This document shows, piece by piece, positions 28,741-38,824 of a stretch of DNA of 64,000 nucleotides. Position numbers and translations under genes: made by a program. Under the pieces are notes generated by a model, which searched no databases, was not told the DNA's origin, and saw only the letters and a list, made by a program, of their open reading frames with translations. The first letter of the stretch is position 1, and every line of letters starts with the position of its first letter. The stretch lies in the NCBI GenBank assembly GCA_023248155.1, contig JAHFFE010000003.1, forward strand, positions 108 to 64,107, read 5' to 3'. The stretch is from Candidatus Omnitrophota bacterium (GTDB lineage: Bacteria; Omnitrophota; Gorgyraeia; 1-14-0-20-64-10).

Positions 28741-30467
28741 TGGCCACGCATCAATTTGACGGAATTATCGTCGGGGCCGGCGGCGCTGGGTTGATGGCCG
28801 CGCTGCAGGCGTCGAAAACGGCAAAGATTGCCGTGTTATCGAAATTGTATCCGACGCGTTCGCACACGGGTGCCGCGCAGGGCGGCATCGGCGCCGCGCT
28901 GGGCAACTCAGAAGAAGACAACTGGGAATGGCACATGTTCGACACGGTCAAGGGCGGTGATTATCTCGTTGACCAGGACGCGGCCGAAATCATGTGCCAG
29001 GAGGCCGTCGAGGCCGTCTACGAACTCGAGCATATGGGCCTGCCGTTTAACCGCAATGCGGACGGCACGATCGCGCAACGGCCGTTCGGCGGTCACACGC
29101 GTGACCATGGCAAGGCGCCGGTTCGCCGTTCCTGCTATGCGGCCGACCGCACCGGGCATATGATTTTGCAGACGCTCTATCAGCAGTGCATCAAGCAGGG
29201 AGTCACGTTTTTTAACGAATATCATGTCATTGATCTGCTGACGAATAATGGCGCGGCCTGCGGCGTTGTGGCCGTTGAGATCGCCACCGGCGAAATTCAC
29301 ACATTTCACTCGAAGGGCGTGATGTTTGCCACCGGCGGATCGGGCCGCATGTTCAAGATCACTTCCAACGCGCTGACATTGACGGGTGATGGTATGGCCG
29401 TGCTTTACCGGAAGGGTCTGCCGCTGGAAGACATGGAATTTTTCCAGTTTCATCCGACGGGCATCTACAAGATGGGTATTTTAATTACCGAGGCGGCGCG
29501 CGGCGAAGGCGGTATTTTGCGCAACGGTTCGGGCGAGCGGTTCATGGAGCGGTACGCGCCGACGCTGAAAGATCTGGCGCCGCGCGACATGGTCAGCCGA
29601 GCGATCCATCAGGAACTGCGTGCCGGCAAGGGAGTTAACGGTAAAGATTATGTGCATCTGGACTTAACGCATCTGCCCGCGAAAACGATCCATGAAAAAT
29701 TGCCGGACATCACCGACTTCGTTGAAACCTACATGGGTCTCGATCCGACGAAAGATTTAATTCCGATTCAGCCGACCGCGCATTACGCGATGGGCGGAAT
29801 TCCGACGAACTCGAACGCCGAAGTAGTAATCGACGAGAAAAATACGCCGATGCCCGGTTTGTACGCGGCCGGTGAATGCGCCTGCGTTTCGGTGCATGGC
29901 GCCAATCGGTTGGGCACCAACTCGCTGGTCGACATCGTTGTGTTCGGCCGCCGCGGCGGGAAGGCGATGGCTCAGTTTGTTCAGAAGGCTGCATTGCAGC
30001 CGCTGCCGGCCGATCCGGAAGCACCGGCGCGCGCGCGGATCGATAAACTGTTCAACAGCACCGGCACCGAAGTGGTGGCGCGTATCCGCGAGGAACTGCA
30101 GGCCGAGATGATGGACAAGGCCTCGGTCTACCGCATCGAAGCCGACTTGAAGAAAATGCTGGAGATCATTGAGCATCTAAAGAAAAAGTATGAGAGCGTC
30201 CGGCTGATTGATCACGGCAAGAAATTCAATATGGAATTACTGGAGGCGTTTGAACTCGAGCATCTGCTGCAGCTGGCGCAGGTAACCGTGACGGCCGCAT
30301 TGGCGCGCAAAGAATCGCGCGGTGCGCATTCGCGCGATGATTATCCGAAGCGCGACGACGCGAATTTCTTGAAGCACAGCCTGGCGTATCCCGAGGGGTC
30401 GGGCGTGCGGCTTTCCTACAAACCGGTTTCGATCACGCGGTTTCAACCGCAGGAAAGGAAATACTAA
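28740..30467 (+). CDS. sdhA: Succinate dehydrogenase flavoprotein
   Basis: [29 protein letters not shown]. Confidence 0.97.
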   Translation: MATHQFDGIIVGAGGAGLMAALQASKTAKIAVLSKLYPTRSHTGAAQGGIGAALGNSEEDNWEWHMFDTVKGGDYLVDQDAAEIMCQEAVEAVYELEHMGLPFNRNADGTIAQRPFGGHTRDHGKAPVRRSCYAADRTGHMILQTLYQQCIKQGVTFFNEYHVIDLLTNNGAACGVVAVEIATGEIHTFHSKGVMFATGGSGRMFKITSNALTLTGDGMAVLYRKGLPLEDMEFFQFHPTGIYKMGILITEAARGEGGILRNGSGERFMERYAPTLKDLAPRDMVSRAIHQELRAGKGVNGKDYVHLDLTHLPAKTIHEKLPDITDFVETYMGLDPTKDLIPIQPTAHYAMGGIPTNSNAEVVIDEKNTPMPGLYAAGECACVSVHGANRLGTNSLVDIVVFGRRGGKAMAQFVQKAALQPLPADPEAPARARIDKLFNSTGTEVVARIREELQAEMMDKASVYRIEADLKKMLEIIEHLKKKYESVRLIDHGKKFNMELLEAFELEHLLQLAQVTVTAALARKESRGAHSRDDYPKRDDANFLKHSLAYPEGSGVRLSYKPVSITRFQPQERKY

Positions 30468-30469
30468 TC

Positions 30470-31183
30470 ATGGACGTCAAGTTCAAGATTCTTCGTTTCG
30501 ATCCGGATAAGGACAAGAAACCGCACTGGGAATCGTACCAGGTGGAGATGGAGCCGACTGACCGCGTGCTTGACGGGCTTGAGCTGATCAAGGGCCGAGT
30601 GGACGGGACGCTGGGTCTGCGCCGATCCTGCGCGCACGGCGTTTGCGGTTCCGACGCGATGCTGATCAACGGCAAGAATCTGCTGGCCTGTAAAGTGCTG
30701 GTGAAAAGTTTGCCGCAGCCGATCACGATTGAACCGATGCGCGGATTTAACGTACTGCGCGATCTGATCGTCGATATGGAACCGTTCTTCGCGAAATACC
30801 GCGCCGTGAAGCCGTACTTGATCGAGAAAGACGAGCGGCCCGAGCATAAAGAACGGCTGCAGTCTCCGGCTGACCGCGAAAAGTTTGAAGACACGACCAA
30901 ATGTATTTTGTGCGGCGCCTGCACCACCAGCTGCCCGTCGTTCTGGGCCAATCCCGATTATGTCGGACCGGCCGCGATTGTTCAGGCGCACCGGTTTATA
31001 TTCGACAGCCGCGATCAGGGCAAGGAAGAACGCGTCGAAGTGCTCGACGGCCGCGACGGCGTCTGGCGCTGCCGCACCGTTTTCAACTGCGTGGAAGCCT
31101 GTCCGAAGGGAATCAATGTGACGAAGGCCATCGGCGAGGTGAAGCAAGCCTTGTCGAAAGGGGAGTTGGATCCCCCGAAATAA
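30470..31183 (+). CDS. sdhB: Succinate dehydrogenase iron-sulfur subunit
   Basis: SCAHGVCGSD, CILCGACTTSCP, CRTVFNCVEACP. Confidence 0.97.
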   Translation: MDVKFKILRFDPDKDKKPHWESYQVEMEPTDRVLDGLELIKGRVDGTLGLRRSCAHGVCGSDAMLINGKNLLACKVLVKSLPQPITIEPMRGFNVLRDLIVDMEPFFAKYRAVKPYLIEKDERPEHKERLQSPADREKFEDTTKCILCGACTTSCPSFWANPDYVGPAAIVQAHRFIFDSRDQGKEERVEVLDGRDGVWRCRTVFNCVEACPKGINVTKAIGEVKQALSKGELDPPK

Positions 31184-31186
31184 CGG

Positions 31187-31327
31187 ATGGCTGAAGAATC
31201 TAAATCGTCCGCCGATGAAATGGACCGTCATTTTTTCTGCCCCACCTGCGGACTAAAACTGTTCAATCGTTCCTGCAAATGGTGGTGTCCCCGCTGCGGT
31301 TACCATGAGTCCTGCGCCGATATGTAG
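31187..31327 (+). CDS. 46-aa CPxCG zinc-finger microprotein (not in the ORF track)
   Basis: Translates MAEESKSSADEMDRHFFCPTCGLKLFNRSCKWWCPRCGYHESCADM*; starts 3 nt after the sdhB stop. Confidence 0.75.
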   Translation: MAEESKSSADEMDRHFFCPTCGLKLFNRSCKWWCPRCGYHESCADM

Positions 31328-31365
31328 TTATTGACGGCCATTCATTTTTTAGTCATACTGATCCC

Positions 31366-34300
31366 ATGCGACGCGATTTTTTATTTGTCCGCTTTGTTGC
31401 CCTCTTTTTAATCCTTTCACAGACTTTTTCCGCCGGAGTTCAGGCAGATAGGGCTGTTTCTTCAGACGTTCTGCGCCAAATTTCGCCGCCAGAAGCCATC
31501 TCCTCATCAGCCGGTATCGCCGATTCTTTATCGGCCGGTTCCGGGTTGGAAGAAAAAGTATGGGTGAATGGGATTCTTCCTAATTTAAGGCGGACGGCAA
31601 GGAATGCCTCAGACCAAAAAATTGCTGCCGGGGTTTTGTCTCTTTTGGAGAGATGGGCGGATCGGCCGGTTGACGCGGCCGGATCTGTTCGTTCTCCTGG
31701 CCAACTTGCGCTGGAAATCGCCGCTATTTTAGGCCGGACGGAGGATATTTCCTGGCGATTGTTTTTGCAGGATCAGTTGGAACGGCTCTCTCTGTTAAGG
31801 GCTAGGGAAGGGAATGAGCAGCACCTTCAGGCCCCCTGGAACAAAAAACTTACCTCCCGTGAATATCCGGATGATTTCTTAAATACGGTTCCCCGGGAAT
31901 TAGTCAACGCGCTCTTCAAAAACCCCGATGTTGTCGCGTTAAGTTCTTTCGTTCAAACGGAAGTTCAGCCGGTTCAATGGCTTGATGTCAGAGAAGGTGC
32001 TGATCGGCTTCAGCCGACGAGTGAGCCCGGCGATTGGGTTTCGTTTTGGAGCCAGTTAAAAGACCCTGCCACCCAAATAGTCTGGGTTGGTGAAAGTTTG
32101 TTTGGTTACGCGACGGCCCGATCAACACTTCGTATTCAGGTGGTTGCGCAGGGGAAAGGACCTTTGCCGATCGGGCAAAGGGTTGCCCTGGAGATTCCAC
32201 TGGCCAATAACCACGGCAATAAGGTTCAGGTTGTTTCTCCTTCGGAGGGCATTATTTCTCGAGAGCCGGGACTGCTGATTTCGTTCTCCCAGCTATTTCT
32301 GGAGGAGGTTCCGGGCGTTTATCGGTTGAATAAGGATTTTCTGACGGAACGTCTCTTATCTGTCTGGGGAATCAGAGAATATCTTCGAAGGACAGAGGCG
32401 GGGAATCCGGAAATCGCGTTGGGCTGGGAGGCGTTGAAGCAGTATCAGGCGCAATGGGAAATTTTTATCCACGCCGAAATCAACGATCCCCAGTTGCGCG
32501 AGGCGTTGCAGATATTTGAAAAGTGGGTTTTGGATCCTGGGCAAGTTTCTCCCGCTGAGCTTGCCGATCGATTGGCTGCCGCGTCCGGGCGTTTGCCGCG
32601 GGAGACGGCGGCACAATGGGAGGACTGGATTTTCTCCCAGCGCGAAAGTTTCGCGGGGCCTGACCGGGATCCATATGAATTCTTATCCCGCCTGGCGGAG
32701 CATGTCGCCTCGGAACCAAATCCCTTAGTTATCTCAGAGCTGGCTCCATGGCTTCTCGATCAATCGAAGCCATTCATCAGAGAACATGATGCATTGGGGG
32801 AGTTGCTGGATTCCCTGGATCTCGCGGCGGCCGGGGAAACGCGGACAATGGCGGAGCAAATTCAGCAAAGAGAGCAAGGCCTGAAACGACTGGCGGAGGA
32901 TCTTTCGCTGCGAGTAGAGGAATTGCTTAATCGTCCCGAGCGGGAATGGAAAAATCTTTTATTACTGCGCCTGGGAGAGCTCAGTTATTTCCGTCATCCG
33001 GATGCGGCCTGGAACCAGCAAATGAACGAGCCGGCTCAATCGGAGGAAAGCATCCTCGATGCGATCCGCGGATTGATCAGATTCCCTCCGGCGGATTCCT
33101 TATCCGTTGGGCATTTTCTCGCGGACATTCAGAAGAGACCTCTCTCCGGAGTCCGAATGGAGAGCGAAACGGGTTCCGGCCGTTTTGTGATGGGAGAAGC
33201 CGCGTCGCTGGCCGAAGCGGTTTCAAGAAGCCCGGAAGTTCGTTTGGTTTCTGATTTTCTGGAACTTGACCCCTCGAATGGTTCTTCCATCGAATTGCTT
33301 GTTCGGCTGGGAAGAGATTTCCAGAGTGCTTCGGCGGGGCAATGGATCCGGGTTCAAATTCCTCCCCGTTTTGGCGGGGGATTCGGCCGGGACAAAGGTC
33401 CGGTGACTTCGCGTGAACTCAACGCAGTCCGTTCGATTCGCGTTGATCCGTCCGATCTCTTTTTTGTATGGAGGGGGCGCCTCTACATCGACGGTGGCTA
33501 CCTGTCGACGGTCTATTTAACTCTGCATAATTTATTGGAGCAGAATCGCATCGAACAGGGCGGAACGGATTCCGCGGCGAATGAGCAGGCGCTGCGTTTC
33601 AAGACCCTTCTTGATTTTGATCAACACCAGGAACAGATTCGTATCCGGTTCCTGCATCAAACGCTGCTGGATGGTCTTCGGGCGTATCAGGAATTTGTGC
33701 ATGGCCGAAGCGGGGTTTCTGTCGCGCTGGCCGTCTATGGAGCGCTGGCCCCTACCGATATGGATATTCTCGAGAGGGAACTCCAGAAAGAGGAGCCGCA
33801 TTGGCCCACCGTGCTCCGTTATCTGCTGGCGCTTCAACAGGGAATCTATCGTTTCCTTGAAGATCACAAGCATTCCGTCCCTGGAACGCGCCGGCTGAAT
33901 CAACAGCTCGAGCTAGTGGACGCGATGTTGGATGATCTTTTATTGAATCGGCCTGAACTGGCCCGAGAGACTTCGGCTTCCGTCCGTTCTTTTAAGCGTT
34001 CGCCCTGGTTGTCGTTTGCCGCCGGCGTCGCGGCAGGGGGAGTGGTTGCCGTAGGAATGCGCCGGACCCCGCCTACCGTTGTTACGACAAGAACTGTGGA
34101 GAGCGAATTAGCCGCCCCGCATCTTTCTGTTGGGCTTAAGACGGATGCCGAAGACAGCCGCGGAAGAAGGCCGGCGCTCAATCCGGGGCAGGTCCGTTTT
34201 CGCCTGCCTGTTCCCGGCGCGGACATTCTCAATGTCGTGGAAAATCATCTGCTGGTGGCTGCTCTTTACCAGAAAGATCCGGAGGGTCGCTATCGGTTGG

Positions 34301-37300
34301 TTTCCCGGCGGGATGCGGATCCTTCCGAGAGCCGTGTGGTTGATTTCCGTTTAAATCCGGATCAGCTAAGGCAGGATCAGGAACTGATCGCCGTTACGTT
34401 CCCGGCCGAATGGGTGACAAATTCCGGCCTGCCGAATTCTTTCCAGCAGATTTCTGATTTAACGCATGAAGAAATCGGCGCCTGGGTGGCCGCGCGCGTT
34501 TCGAATGGATCCGCGCCCGAAATTCTGCTGGACCAATCGAGGACCATCCTTCCCGTCCAGGTGACCCGAGCTCCCGAGGGAGATTTTCAGCAGGCTCAAT
34601 TTCCAAATCAGATCGCGGCGTTGATGCAGGGTCTGTCGTACGCGATTTATCAGAGGCAGGAAGGCGCTTCACCGGGATATCGCCAGGTTGGCAGCGGCCT
34701 GTTTCAGGCCGATGCGCCATTAAGCGTTCCTTCGGGAGGATTAGCGCTTCTTTTGCCGCGGGAATCGACCGCTCAGCCGCCTCCGTTTCTGGAGGCGCTG
34801 AACCAGCTGGCCGACGGATTGGTCGTCCGGATTTTCGGATCGAAAGCTCTTTTGGCGCATGCGCGGTCATCCGTTTTAAATTCAGGGCTGGAAGAAAAAG
34901 GGGTGATTCAGAGATTGTCGCCGATTAAAACGGAGAGTGATCTTTTTGTCGGAGATTGGGTTGCTTGGAGTTTGCCCGGGCAAACTTCGCCCGATTATTT
35001 TGAAGTTCAAGCGATTAATTCGGACGGCGCAGAGATTTTGCCGATTTCCAACGAGACGGGCATTGACGCCGCGGCGGCTCCGGCATTTGTTTCCTGGCAG
35101 GATCTGAAGCGTTTTTACCGCTCGATGCCGATGGCGGTGGGGCAGGCCTTCTTTTATCTGAATCTTTATCAGCGTTTATCTTTGGACGAACTGCCTTCGG
35201 CCGAGCCGATGCTGAAGATGCTTCAGCAAGAAACAATTTCTCTTTCCCAGATTACCCGGCAAACAGAATCGGCCTGGAGCGCGCTGCGGTCCGTTTGGGT
35301 GAACGGCGGCTATGCCCGATTGAGCGGTCTGCTTAAATTGGGAACTGATGCCGTTGACGCGCCGGTTATTCAGGCCGCTTCCGGCCCTCATTTTTCACCC
35401 TCGGCTTCTCACCGGGTCAGCGCCAACCAATTGGCCGCGAGCGCGGTTTTGTCAGTATTGGACTCCATGAAGTTTGGGGATGACCCGGATGATGCCGTGG
35501 GAAACGCGGGAGCTGTGGTTGGGTTTGGAAACGAAGGCAGTTTAGAAGCAACTGTTATTCCGGAGCAGTCTTCCTCCCAGGTTATTTCCGGTTCAGGCTG
35601 GGTTGATTCGGTTCCGATTGAAGCTACGGCGGATTCTTCACCGGATCCGGCTCTTCAGCTCGATTCTTCCGTTCCTCCCGTCGCGATTGCTGAGTTGTCA
35701 GCGCCTCCTTCCGGTGTTGTTGAAAGTGATTTACAGGATGGTTCTACGCGGGGAATTGCCGCTGGAGAGACTCCGCCGGGCCGTGTTTTTCCTTCGACGG
35801 CATCTTCTCTGTTGCCGGTGCTCGCTGAAGCAGCCGGTGTTCCTTCCATTGGCAAGATGAAAGCGGGAGATCTTTTCGAGTTGTTATCCGATACGCTTCC
35901 GACGAAAGAAGCGCCGCTTCAACTGTTATCTCAGCAGGGTTCTTTATTGTCCGCGGTGAACGCGTTGGTTTCGGAACCGATTCCTTCTGATGAACGGTCA
36001 AAAATCGCCCGGCTAGAAATACTGAATAATTTACTGCATCGTTCCTTGGTCGGTTTGAATTTACTGGCCCTTGAGCCGAGGGCTCTTCCGGATGATTCGG
36101 AAAAGATAATGACCAAAGCGATTTATTTAAGGCGCCAAGCGCTGGTTCAATCCGGATTAGCGGTTAATCCGGCCGCCTCTTTGGAAAAAACCCGACTGCA
36201 GCGGTGGGCCGCCGGCGCGGGAGGAGGGCTAACGCGACGGGAACTGCTTTCTGGTGGCGCCGGGGCTCCGTTGGGATGGGCTGCTTCGGCATTAATTCCT
36301 TTGGCCCGGGCTGAACAAAGAGAAGTCACCGTAGAGGTTCCGAGGCAAATTCCCGTGCTAAACGGCAAGGTGCTTTTAAAACCGGAGGAACAAAAAATCC
36401 TGATCCCGATTCCTCGTTCCCGCGCTGAACAGGTGGCGAATATCCGGCGCCCCCGCTCGGATGATCTGGTGGTTCTTTACCGCTATGATCCGGATTTAAA
36501 AAAGTATATCAAGATCGGGGAAACGCTGGTTTTTTCAGACGAATCTATTCCCGTGGATGGGGAACGGGTGGCTGAAATTAATTTTGAGGACGGCAAAGAA
36601 GTAAACTCTTTGGGCGGGCTTTTGGTCGCGGTTTATCCGGCGGAGGAGCAGGCGGATCTGCTGGAGGTCATTGATTTGGAATCGGCCGGTTCCCGCCCGT
36701 CGGTGACTGCCTTGAAAAAGAAATTGGGAGATCAGCTGAAGACTCCAAAACATGTTCATCCCACATTGTACGATGTTGTGCTGGACGGAAAACTGGACCG
36801 GCTTTTTGATTACCGGCCATTGGCTTTACATCTGGAAAATTCACCGCGCGTTGTTGAGCAAGGGGAGCGGCTCGAGTTTCGTCTGCCTCCGGGGCTGCGG
36901 CGGCGCGCGGAGGGTTTTTCGGCCGTGGCTTTTCAATTTATCCAGTACTCAGAGAAAGAGGATGGACCCAAGAAAACGGTTTTACTTCCACAATCTATTT
37001 CGCGAATCTCAGATGAGGGCTGGCTTTCCTTTGGCCGGAATCAGCAGGAAAATTTACCTCCGGGCGTTCCAAATTCAAATGGCTGGGAGAAAAGTACTCC
37101 TATCGTGTTAGTATTCTCCAACGAATTTCTGGCGCAGCAGGCATTTCAAGGGGCTGTCACTGTTTGGCGGAAGGGAAAACCGATTCGCTCCGTTGATTTT
37201 CGGCTTTTCCCGCAGGCTTCCTTTGGTTTTCTCGTACAAAAAAGGGGTTCCAATAACAGTCTCCAAATTTATTGGGAAGGACGAACGCCTCAGCAAGAGA

Positions 37301-37821
37301 AACCGCCGGTGGTTGCGGTTCCTAAAAGCGGCCTTGAAGAATCTGTTTCTGTGGGGATATTGCCCCTGGATCAGGCGCGGCGGTTTGATCCGGCTGCGCG
37401 CGGCGGCATCCTTTTGCCTTTGCCCGATGAAGCAGGGCTTGAAGAATCCGCGGCTGTCATCGCTGATAACGGACTGTCTCCGGTAGCCGGGGTGCCTTGG
37501 ATAGGCGGCGGATCGGGCGTTAGTCAGGTGCTCGCGAAAGCAATCGGCATGAACGCACAGCCGGGACAAAACCTTGTGCTGGTGATGGCCTCTCCCGGTG
37601 TAACAGCTGAATCTGTTCAAGCGGTTCTCAGCGCGGAACGTCTCGATTCTTTCCCGCGGGTTGTGGTTGCTTCGCCGGAGCAGGTTACTCAATTTACGCG
37701 GCAGACAATTTCCAGGTTGGCTGCTGTTTCTCCGGCGCTGCCCCCGGTCGTAGTTTTGGTGGTCGCGCAAAGGGTTCAATCGGAGTCCGGCCAACAGTTT
37801 ACTTTACTGATCTGGGCGTAA
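31366..37821 (+). CDS. Very large (2151 aa) secreted modular protein with four GLEE motifs
   Basis: Signal peptide (MRRDFLFVRFVALFLILSQTFSAGVQA); GLEE at 31543, 34885, 37330, 37435; internal hydrophobic segments; TTGACG-17-CATACT promoter. Confidence 0.8.
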   Translation: MRRDFLFVRFVALFLILSQTFSAGVQADRAVSSDVLRQISPPEAISSSAGIADSLSAGSGLEEKVWVNGILPNLRRTARNASDQKIAAGVLSLLERWADRPVDAAGSVRSPGQLALEIAAILGRTEDISWRLFLQDQLERLSLLRAREGNEQHLQAPWNKKLTSREYPDDFLNTVPRELVNALFKNPDVVALSSFVQTEVQPVQWLDVREGADRLQPTSEPGDWVSFWSQLKDPATQIVWVGESLFGYATARSTLRIQVVAQGKGPLPIGQRVALEIPLANNHGNKVQVVSPSEGIISREPGLLISFSQLFLEEVPGVYRLNKDFLTERLLSVWGIREYLRRTEAGNPEIALGWEALKQYQAQWEIFIHAEINDPQLREALQIFEKWVLDPGQVSPAELADRLAAASGRLPRETAAQWEDWIFSQRESFAGPDRDPYEFLSRLAEHVASEPNPLVISELAPWLLDQSKPFIREHDALGELLDSLDLAAAGETRTMAEQIQQREQGLKRLAEDLSLRVEELLNRPEREWKNLLLLRLGELSYFRHPDAAWNQQMNEPAQSEESILDAIRGLIRFPPADSLSVGHFLADIQKRPLSGVRMESETGSGRFVMGEAASLAEAVSRSPEVRLVSDFLELDPSNGSSIELLVRLGRDFQSASAGQWIRVQIPPRFGGGFGRDKGPVTSRELNAVRSIRVDPSDLFFVWRGRLYIDGGYLSTVYLTLHNLLEQNRIEQGGTDSAANEQALRFKTLLDFDQHQEQIRIRFLHQTLLDGLRAYQEFVHGRSGVSVALAVYGALAPTDMDILERELQKEEPHWPTVLRYLLALQQGIYRFLEDHKHSVPGTRRLNQQLELVDAMLDDLLLNRPELARETSASVRSFKRSPWLSFAAGVAAGGVVAVGMRRTPPTVVTTRTVESELAAPHLSVGLKTDAEDSRGRRPALNPGQVRFRLPVPGADILNVVENHLLVAALYQKDPEGRYRLVSRRDADPSESRVVDFRLNPDQLRQDQELIAVTFPAEWVTNSGLPNSFQQISDLTHEEIGAWVAARVSNGSAPEILLDQSRTILPVQVTRAPEGDFQQAQFPNQIAALMQGLSYAIYQRQEGASPGYRQVGSGLFQADAPLSVPSGGLALLLPRESTAQPPPFLEALNQLADGLVVRIFGSKALLAHARSSVLNSGLEEKGVIQRLSPIKTESDLFVGDWVAWSLPGQTSPDYFEVQAINSDGAEILPISNETGIDAAAAPAFVSWQDLKRFYRSMPMAVGQAFFYLNLYQRLSLDELPSAEPMLKMLQQETISLSQITRQTESAWSALRSVWVNGGYARLSGLLKLGTDAVDAPVIQAASGPHFSPSASHRVSANQLAASAVLSVLDSMKFGDDPDDAVGNAGAVVGFGNEGSLEATVIPEQSSSQVISGSGWVDSVPIEATADSSPDPALQLDSSVPPVAIAELSAPPSGVVESDLQDGSTRGIAAGETPPGRVFPSTASSLLPVLAEAAGVPSIGKMKAGDLFELLSDTLPTKEAPLQLLSQQGSLLSAVNALVSEPIPSDERSKIARLEILNNLLHRSLVGLNLLALEPRALPDDSEKIMTKAIYLRRQALVQSGLAVNPAASLEKTRLQRWAAGAGGGLTRRELLSGGAGAPLGWAASALIPLARAEQREVTVEVPRQIPVLNGKVLLKPEEQKILIPIPRSRAEQVANIRRPRSDDLVVLYRYDPDLKKYIKIGETLVFSDESIPVDGERVAEINFEDGKEVNSLGGLLVAVYPAEEQADLLEVIDLESAGSRPSVTALKKKLGDQLKTPKHVHPTLYDVVLDGKLDRLFDYRPLALHLENSPRVVEQGERLEFRLPPGLRRRAEGFSAVAFQFIQYSEKEDGPKKTVLLPQSISRISDEGWLSFGRNQQENLPPGVPNSNGWEKSTPIVLVFSNEFLAQQAFQGAVTVWRKGKPIRSVDFRLFPQASFGFLVQKRGSNNSLQIYWEGRTPQQEKPPVVAVPKSGLEESVSVGILPLDQARRFDPAARGGILLPLPDEAGLEESAAVIADNGLSPVAGVPWIGGGSGVSQVLAKAIGMNAQPGQNLVLVMASPGVTAESVQAVLSAERLDSFPRVVVASPEQVTQFTRQTISRLAAVSPALPPVVVLVVAQRVQSESGQQFTLLIWA

Positions 37822-37825
37822 TTTT

Positions 37826-38422
37826 TTAAATAATAGTTGCCGCCATCATCGCCGCCATATAATCCGCAAAAGTCATTCCGTACATCGCCAGGAACTGATC
37901 GTCGATATCAATATCTCCGTCTCCATCGAAATCAGTATCAGTGCTCGTGATATCGACAGTATCTTCCATGTCGGTTTCATTGATCACGTCATCGGTATCC
38001 GTCGTATCGGTGATGTCGATTTCCGGCTCGATGAAAGCGGCTTCAGCCGCCGGAGGTTCAACTACCAGAGCAGTTTCTACCGGAGGAGCCGTTGTTTCCG
38101 CGGCGGCGGCAGGCGCTGCCGGGGCTGTCACTATTACGGCCGCGGGTGGAGCAATCACGGTGACCACCGTGGTCGGAGCCGGAGTCACGGCAGCTGGAGC
38201 AACGAACGCGGCCGCGGCCGCTTGAGCCGGGTTCATGGCCATGGCAACGGCTTGCATCGCTTCCAACGCCGGATCTTTGGCCGTTGGGTTCATTGTATTG
38301 GACTGCGGGATAACGGCCGCCGTTTCGGTGGACGGAGGCGCCATCATCGCTTCTGCGTTATTAGTGAAGATCGACATCGTAGTGAAAGTAACGGTCAAAA
38401 TAAAAACGACAACTTTTCTCAT
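37826..38422 (-). CDS. Secreted Ala/Pro/Thr-rich protein with acidic, Ca-binding-like C-terminus
   Basis: AAGGAG SD then ATG 38422 (MRKVVVFILT...AEA signal); DFDGDGDIDIDD EF-hand-like motif. Confidence 0.75.
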   Translation of the reverse strand: MRKVVVFILTVTFTTMSIFTNNAEAMMAPPSTETAAVIPQSNTMNPTAKDPALEAMQAVAMAMNPAQAAAAAFVAPAAVTPAPTTVVTVIAPPAAVIVTAPAAPAAAAETTAPPVETALVVEPPAAEAAFIEPEIDITDTTDTDDVINETDMEDTVDITSTDTDFDGDGDIDIDDQFLAMYGMTFADYMAAMMAATII

Positions 38423-38450
38423 TGAAATCTCTCCTTGTTGGATAACAGAT

Positions 38451-38501
38451 AAATAAAAAGCCGCCTTCGCTCCCCGCTGTGCGCGGGTCGCGAGAGACGG
38501 C
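38451..38501 (-). terminator. Intrinsic terminator (expression platform of the proximal riboswitch)
   Basis: Minus strand GCCGTCTCTCGCGACCCGC-GCACA-GCGGGGAGCGAAGGCGGC-TTTTTATTT. Confidence 0.75.
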
Positions 38502-38533
38502 ATTGTGGTTGTACCAGTAAAGTTTTTCATTGT

Positions 38534-38607
38534 CTTGGTAGCCTGGCTAACCGTTCTGGTTCCATGGCTTTGCGTCCCCAGATTCCTCTGGGTTTGCCTT
38601 TTTCAAG
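38534..38607 (-). ncRNA. c-di-GMP-I (GEMM) riboswitch, proximal copy
   Basis: Minus strand CTTGAAAAAGGCAAACCCAGA-GGAA-TCTGGGGACGCAAAGCCATGG...GTTAGCCAGGCTACCAAG fits the GGCAAACC..GNRA..GGGACGCAAAGC..AGCC..CTACC consensus. Confidence 0.88.
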
Positions 38608-38655
38608 CAAACTAACTACTTAATTTATGAAGCTAAGGCGACTCTCCTTATTAAC

Positions 38656-38689
38656 AAAAAAGCCTTGGTCAGGAACCCCTGATCAAGGC
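38656..38689 (-). terminator. Intrinsic terminator (expression platform of the distal riboswitch)
   Basis: Minus strand GCCTTGATCAGG-GGTT-CCTGACCAAGGC-TTTTTT. Confidence 0.8.
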
Positions 38690-38715
38690 ACATGATATGG
38701 CGTTTTATTGTCATA

Positions 38716-38793
38716 TCTTGGCAGCTCGGCAGTCCTTTTTAGGGATCCGTGGCTTTGCGACCTTGGATTACTCCAAGTGTGCCTTTTTCAAGA
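38716..38793 (-). ncRNA. c-di-GMP-I (GEMM) riboswitch, distal copy
   Basis: Minus strand TCTTGAAAAAGGCACACTTGGA-GTAA-TCCAAGGTCGCAAAGCCACGG...GACTGCCGAGCTGCCAAGA. Confidence 0.85.
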
Positions 38794-38824
38794 AACTACA
38801 TTGCAACTGATTAGCTACATGGGA

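Noticed and set aside
36220-36228. GGAGGAGG before the internal Tat-like motif as an internal ribosome-binding site
   Set aside because: No ATG/GTG/TTG at suitable spacing; explained by Gly codons.
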